Assembly: GCF_009914755.1 (NCBI RefSeq)
Contig: NC_060935.1
DNA from: the human T2T-CHM13v2.0 reference genome, Homo sapiens
DNA length: 64,000 bases
Direction: 5' to 3' (one strand)
Shown here: positions 57,870 to 64,000 of the stretch, piece after piece
Numbering within the stretch: the stretch's first letter is position 1
How the letters are laid out: each line of letters starts with the position of its first letter
Position numbers and translations under genes: made by a program
The notes under the pieces: model-generated
The model's input: the letters and a program-made list of their open reading frames with translations, nothing else
The model's database searches: none
What the model was told of the DNA's origin: nothing

Positions 57870-60800
57870 GCATATCGGCAATCATTCAGAGAAACAGAAC
57901 CAGTGTATATAGTAAGAGATAACTCTGACATATGAAATTAAATTAGGCTGAGGATGAGACCATTAAGAGTGAATCTGTATACCAAAAGTCACAAGCCTAT
58001 ATTGGTTATCAGTGAAACAAAAGATTCATATTCATCTGTCAACAAAAGAAAAGGCAACAGTTTGTTTATCTCAGTATAGGTATAGTATCTCAAGTGTAGC
58101 CCAACTTTCCCCTGGAATATAGTGAATTCACACATGGCTGCTACTTGAATTCTTTCAAATGCATACTAAGCTCTGTAGCTTCATATTCCATTATAATAAT
58201 GCAAACAGACAAACACAAGGAATTTCTGGTACTTGGGGTCTACCTGTGAGGGAACTCCTTGTGAAGCCCTTTGTGTGGGTTACAGTGACCTATTCAGCAG
58301 TTCTGCAAGAATAGGTCACTGGCAGTATAAGCCATCTGCTCATGCAATTTTATTTTACCTTTAGGACTGGCTCAAATTTTATCTTACATGTAGCAATTTC
58401 CCATAATATTGCATGAGGATGATTTGTTCATTCAGCCTGTATTCTACTGTCCTTTAAGAGAGACTTCCTGACCTCCATAAACTGTAAAGGTAAAAATCAG
58501 CATATTCCAGACTCCTCTACAACTAGTTTTAGATGGATGCAATCACAGGTTTGGAAGAAGCAAGACAAAGGCCATCTTTTGTTTCTTTTTGCTGTTTTCT
58601 GCTAGGAAACTACTTGGTGAAGACAGAAGTTCTTCCTCTAGAAGTAATAGAGTGGTTAATCTTTAGTATGTGGGTGTTGAGAGACATTTGTGGTGGTGGT
58701 TGCTGCAGTGGGGGCTTTCTAAATTTGGCTCTGTGATGCTGGGATTGCAGTTACTACTGAGTGTTTTTTGCTTTTTTTAAAGCCTATTTTTTGAGAGCAG
58801 TTCTAGGTTCACAGCAAAATTGAGAGGAAGGTTCAGAGATTTTCCAATATATTCCCTGTCCCACACATGCATAGCCTTCCCTCTTCTGAGTGATCTTGAT
58901 TTTAATTGTGTAAGTAGCAGTTCCAGAGGAAGTTGCTACCTTAGTGATCAAGTATATAGTGTTCAAATAGTTATTTTGGAGGCATAAGCTAGAACTCTTT
59001 CTTCCACATTTTCCAGTGATTTTAGAATGACGAATTTCCTATGTGAAATTCCATCCTGCATAAAATACCTAGAGGGGTGATATGGTTTGGATGTTTTGTG
59101 CCCTCCAAATCTCCTGTTAAAATGTGACCTCCAGTGTTAGAGGTGGGCCTAGTGGAAGGTGTTTGGATCATGGAGGCAGATCCCCCATGTGAATGACTTG
59201 GTGCTGTTCTTGTGGTAATGAGTGAGTTCTCACTATATGAGTTTACACATGATTTGGTGGCTTTAAAGAGCCTGGCACTTCCTCCACCTCTCTTGCTTCC
59301 TGGCTTACCATGTGATATGCCAGCTCCCCCTTTGCCTTCTGCTATGACTGTAAGCTCCTTGAGGCCCTCACCAGAAGGAGATGACAGCACCACACTTCCT
59401 GTATAGCATGCAGAATTGTCTTTCCTTTATAAATTACCCAGCTTCATATTCCTTTATAACAATGCAAACAGACTAACACAAGGAGTTTCTGGTACTTGTA
59501 TTAAAACTTGACCGATACAGAACGGCCTACCTTATGGGTTGGATAAAATCATTTCATGAAGCAACTCAGAGTGTACTCTTTCTTGATGTCTTATGGCCAG
59601 ATATTTTGTCTCTGAGTCTGATATTAAGTCAAAGCCTTTTTTGTTTCAAAACCCTGGGAGCATCTACTGTGATTCTACCAGTGGGTCTTGCCACAGTCTC
59701 CATAGTGTAACTTGATCAGCTGAAGATACCTAAAGTATCTTTGGGTCTACTGGTTTATAAGGGCCAAGTAACAGAGCTGCTTATACTGCAGTCTACACCA
59801 TCTCTTGCTCTGAACCTCACTCCAAGCTAGCGTCAATTTGGATTGCTTATTAATTTTCGAGCAGTAATTTCACTTTGTTGTATGTTAGCTTCAAAATTCA
59901 TAGAGGCTTAAAGGGGATATATCCCTTTGTTAATGGTAGTGCCTTCTTTAGAGAGGATATCATGTCATGTTCTAGACACTGGATGCCCAGAAACCAAGAT
60001 TGTAGCTCTTTCTTGGTGGCATTGAGTATTTTAAAATGGGTATCCTGACATGTCTAGATCCTGGGTGCTATGAATTTTTATGGCAGTTTTCTCCTATCCT
60101 CTGGAATGGGTATAGTGTAGCTAGGGCTTCTAGGGAATCTGATACTTCATGTTCACCAGATTCTGCAGTATGTCATCAATATAGTGGACCAGCATGGTGT
60201 CTTGTGCATTCATGGGAGTTGCACTCACTGACCCTGACAAATAAAAAATGAAATGCTTTTGGTATTGTTTTGATTTGGGGGATAGAGAAAAAGCGGATAT
60301 CAGAATAATAGCACATTCCAGGAGCTGAGGGATGTATTTGTTGAGAGAGGCTACATCTGGAACAGTAGCAACAATTGATAGTTTACAATAATCCACTGTC
60401 ATTCTGAAATACTCTTTATTTTGCATAGTCCAAGCAGGCAGATAAAATTGAGATATGAAAGGACTCAGAATCTCTGAATCTTTCAAAGCCCTAGATGGCG
60501 GCACTAATCTCTGAAATTACTCAGTGGGCAAGATATTACATTTAGCTTATCATTGTGGTAAGAAAGGAAAACTCCACGGGCTTCTCCTGGCTCTTTATGA
60601 TACAAGTCTCCCTCCATTGTGTTAGAGAGCTTCTGTGGGAATTTTGCAGTGGCTTAGTCTATTTACTATACAGGTATACACTTATGAAGTGAGCAGTAAC
60701 TGTGTAATATGTCTATGTAGTCACTGTGCCCACTGTTAGGCAAATTGATACCTAAAATCTCTCACTTGATACCCATAAGCTCCCACTCTGACCAACGGAC

Positions 60801-60990
60801 CTTTGTGGCATTTGGATCCACTAGTAATTATTGTTTCTTGTCCTGGACATCACCTGCTACTCTCAAGCTTGCCAAACTTCTTAGTGCTTATCTAATTTGC
60901 CTGGATCTAGTTTTGTCTCTAATAAGGTTCAGACACTGCCAGCAAAAGAATAATCAGTTTTTGTGAGATTACTGGTTAGTCCAAACTGCT
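57870..60990 (-). mobile_element. pol: Fragmented ERVL internal region (pol: RT, RNase H, integrase) with an MLT2-type LTR end near 57870
   Basis: ORF 60130-60504 reads RMTVDYCKL...VPDVASL...LVHYIDDIL (ERVL RT, YIDD). Interrupted by MST, L1 and MLT1 pieces. Confidence 0.75.
59078..59480 (+). mobile_element. MST (B-like) solo LTR
   Basis: tgatatggtttggatgttttgtgccctccaaatctc...cagactaacaca; TSD agggg/aggag. Confidence 0.88.
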
Positions 60991-61089
60991 GTCCAGAAAT
61001 AGTCCTTAGAAAGGACATCGTATTTTTAGATAAAAATGCAAGAAGTGTTTAAAATTAGAGTTCCAAAATAGAGTCCTTTGTCTTCTAGA

Positions 61090-61165
61090 TCCATCTATCA
61101 TATGCTATTTATCTACCATATGCTATCTATCCATCTATCATCTATCTACCTATTTATCTATCAAT
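61090..61165. repeat. Degenerate (CTAT)n
   Basis: atctatc/ctatctat runs. Confidence 0.7.
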
Positions 61166-62056
61166 TTTAACACCTGTGCTTCACTTCTGGCTAAGAGCTG
61201 CAGTGAAAGAAATTCCAGTGAAGACTAGAAATAAGAGCAGGAGACTGAGATAATCAAAACCCTGGACTGCTATGCTGCACCTGCCATTTCAGAGGGTGAG
61301 TTTTCTAGTCTTACTGTCAAGCAGGTCTTTCTCTCAGGAATAGGGTAAAAAGGAGATTGAGAAATAAAAAGCTCTGTAATCTGCATCGATTTCTTATTTT
61401 CTTGACATGGGGCTTAAAAGTTTTCAGGTGTTAATACATATGTTCTCTCTCTCTATACACACACACAGATACATACATAGATACATACGTATTAGATACT
61501 ATATATACACTTCCTTGATCGAATGTGAAAATATAGTAAATTTCTCTTTTCCTTCTGCTGAAGCACAGTCAAAAGTTCAATCAGTATGATACATTGATCT
61601 CTAAGGAAGAAACAGAAACCAGTTGTGATCAAATAATTATAGGATAAAATGAAGATAAAATGAGAAAATTGAAATGAAAACAATGAAAAGTTAAGTTTGT
61701 TATATTAACATGTTGTGATTGTTGTTCAAATTTAGTCAATTCCTTTCTTGTCTTCTGTTAATCTATTCTGTTTTTGAGAAGATTATACACTTGGGGTGAA
61801 AAAGGTAGAAGGAGCTTGGACTGGTGGGAAGCCCCGGATTAAGAGTTTAAAGAGTCAAGATGTAGTCCCAGTTGTGCTACTTTAAAATTTGGAATAATTA
61901 GATGTGTACAAATTTTAGTTTGGCAGCAAAGGGCTTTTGAGCTAATGGGTCTTAGCTTGGAATGAGGAAATAACCCACAGAGGCCACCTTTGGCTCACTT
62001 ATATAAATGTACCTACTTCACAGGATGTTTGTAGGGATTCATTATGAATATATGAT

Positions 62057-62333
62057 TGGGCATGGTGGCTCATGCCTGTAATCCCAGTGTTTCAGGAGGC
62101 TGAGGCCAGAGGATTTCTCAAGGCCAGGAGTTCAAGACCAGCCTGGGCAACAAAGGGAGGCCCTGTTTCTACAGCATATTTAAAATTTTGTCAGGCATGG
62201 TGGTGCATGCCTGTGCTTCCAACTACTTGGGAGACGAAGATGGGAGTATTGGTTGGGCCAGGAGGTCGAGGCTGCAGTGAACCATGATTGCGCCACTGCA
62301 TTTTAGCATGGGTGACAGCAAGACCCTGTCTCA
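62057..62333 (+). mobile_element. AluJ in a MIR
   Basis: J diagnostics (ggaggtcgaggctgcagtga..catgat, gaccctgtctc); A-tail eroded. Confidence 0.88.
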
Positions 62334-63334
62334 GTATATATGAATACATGTGAAGTGCTTCGCACAGTACTTGATGCAAACTAAGGGTGCAATAAATGCT
62401 ACAATTCCTCTATAATACCATGCTGTCTGCCCATATGGAGCCTTATGTAAGAGAGGTATGAAGGGGGCAAACATCAAAACTAAATAAAGAGTAATCAGTT
62501 GGTAGTTCTTACTGGTTATTGTAGGACAACTCAAGGAGAGACAATAAAAGAAGTATGCTGTTCATTGTTGAGATTTCAGTTTTTTTTCAGTTGAAATTTC
62601 ATTGCTGAGGGGTAATGTGGTTCTGAATTTTCCAAATATCTTGCTCAGAAATATTTTAACACCTTCTGGCTATTCTACAGACAGCTAGCTAATTATGTTA
62701 GGCATCAAATTTTGAAGAATAAAAGTAGAATTTTGTGGCATATCAAAAGTAAATCCAAAGTGTTAACTTCATCTTATTGCTGGAGAAGTTTGCTATTTGG
62801 AGTTTTAAAAAATATATTCAGAAAGAGATTTAAAAAAAAGTTGTTTCAAATACACCTGTATTTACTGGACCACCCAAGCTTTTTAGAAGTTAATCAGGTA
62901 GCAATGTGCTATTCCCTACTCTGCCTCTAGCACACAAATGCTTCTTTTCCTCTTACGGGAAAGAACTATAATCTGTTTGATGCTTAATGTTAATGCTCAC
63001 AAATAAGCATTCTCCAACTTCTTGGGATCAGATATTCTGTCTATCCCTCTAAAATTACCTCATTCGGTGGTTGCCCCAGAGAAGTGCAGATTCCCAATAA
63101 AGCTTTGGGTTTATTAGGTTTCACACCTGCCTGAGGCTTCTCTGGAAAATAGAATTCAAGAAATGATCTTAGGTTTAAAGTCTAATGGGATGTGACTTAA
63201 ATCAGGATTTTTGTTATCTAACTTGTCTAAGCCTTAGTTTCCTCATCTATACAATTAAAATACTTATGTTGGATATAAGGGTATCTTGACCATGGTATAA
63301 GTTAGCTCCCCTGATTCCAGAAGGTTTGTTTCTT

Positions 63335-63850
63335 GCAAACAAAGAGTACATTCTGGTTCTGTTAAGCAGGAAAAAGGAATTTTTAAAAAGCCATTAGATA
63401 GTTATGGAATAAATTGCAATGCAGGGTTAGAGAAACAGGCTGAAGCTAAGCTGAACTTCTCAGAATCACCCATAACCACACCCCGGAACAGATAAGACAC
63501 CAAAACTTCCCTGATATTGCCATCATCACTTGTTGCCTGGATGCCAGGACTCTGATTTTACTACAGTGATAGACCAGGATATCAACTTTACTTTTCCCCA
63601 CAAGGTGTTCCCCCACGGTTGTCACCTGTGTCAGCAAAATTATGTCCTACTCAGAGGTTCTCTCTTTAGGTTACTCATTTCCAAATTGAAGTCCTGTGTG
63701 GGTATTTATGACAGACAGAAGCTAGGTCTTGTGTTCTCATCTTGCAAGGATGCTGAGGAGTGAAGTGCTCTGGATTCTACCTTATGAAGGTGGGGCTTTC
63801 AGAGTGGGCATTACCAGTATGTAGAAGGGTAGTCAAAAGATACTAGGTCC
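63335..63850. mobile_element. Old MLT1 LTR fragment
   Basis: cttgcaaacaaag...ttaagcaggaaaaaggaatttt...cttgcaaggatgctgagga motifs. Confidence 0.5.
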
Positions 63851-64000
63851 TTTCATAATGTTTTTCCTCTTAGGTCTAATAACAATGATACCATCTTTTT
63901 TTTTAAATCTACATTTACTAAATACTTAGCAATGGGCTAAATGAGACTACAATTATCTCCACTTTGCAGAAGAACAAATTGAGTCACAAAGATTTAGATA

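Overview
Primate genomic DNA, almost certainly human because it carries a near-consensus AluYa5. It is AT-rich and dominated by repeats. I recognise no intact protein-coding gene, RNA gene or CpG island. The listed ORFs are Alu, L1, ERV or MaLR read-throughs or chance ORFs. The window is an LTR/ERV graveyard. It holds two two-LTR non-autonomous class I (MER4-group) proviruses (2365-7588, degenerate tRNA-Ile PBS; 45719-52005, MER57, tRNA-Leu PBS) and a 3'-truncated MER51 provirus (35966-~45520, tRNA-Arg PBS) carrying an LTR1 and a 5'-inverted L1PA7. It also holds about 15 solo LTRs (many with visible 4-5 bp TSDs), THE1 and ERVL internal remnants, and about 17 Alus. The most interesting signals are DNA-repair and rearrangement scars: a 158-170 bp templated insertion that preserves the empty pre-Alu site of its donor, a displaced ERVL pol block carrying a copied LTR junction, a triple-hairpin fold-back insertion, a 137-bp chimeric Alu tandem array, and a deletion fusing two retroelements. 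Two further candidates are a spliced minus-strand transcript or pseudogene in unique sequence (52.4-55.0 kb) and a developmental enhancer (~11.4 kb). I found no convincing novel biological system. Repeat subfamily names come from recalled consensus sequences and need RepeatMasker/Dfam confirmation.
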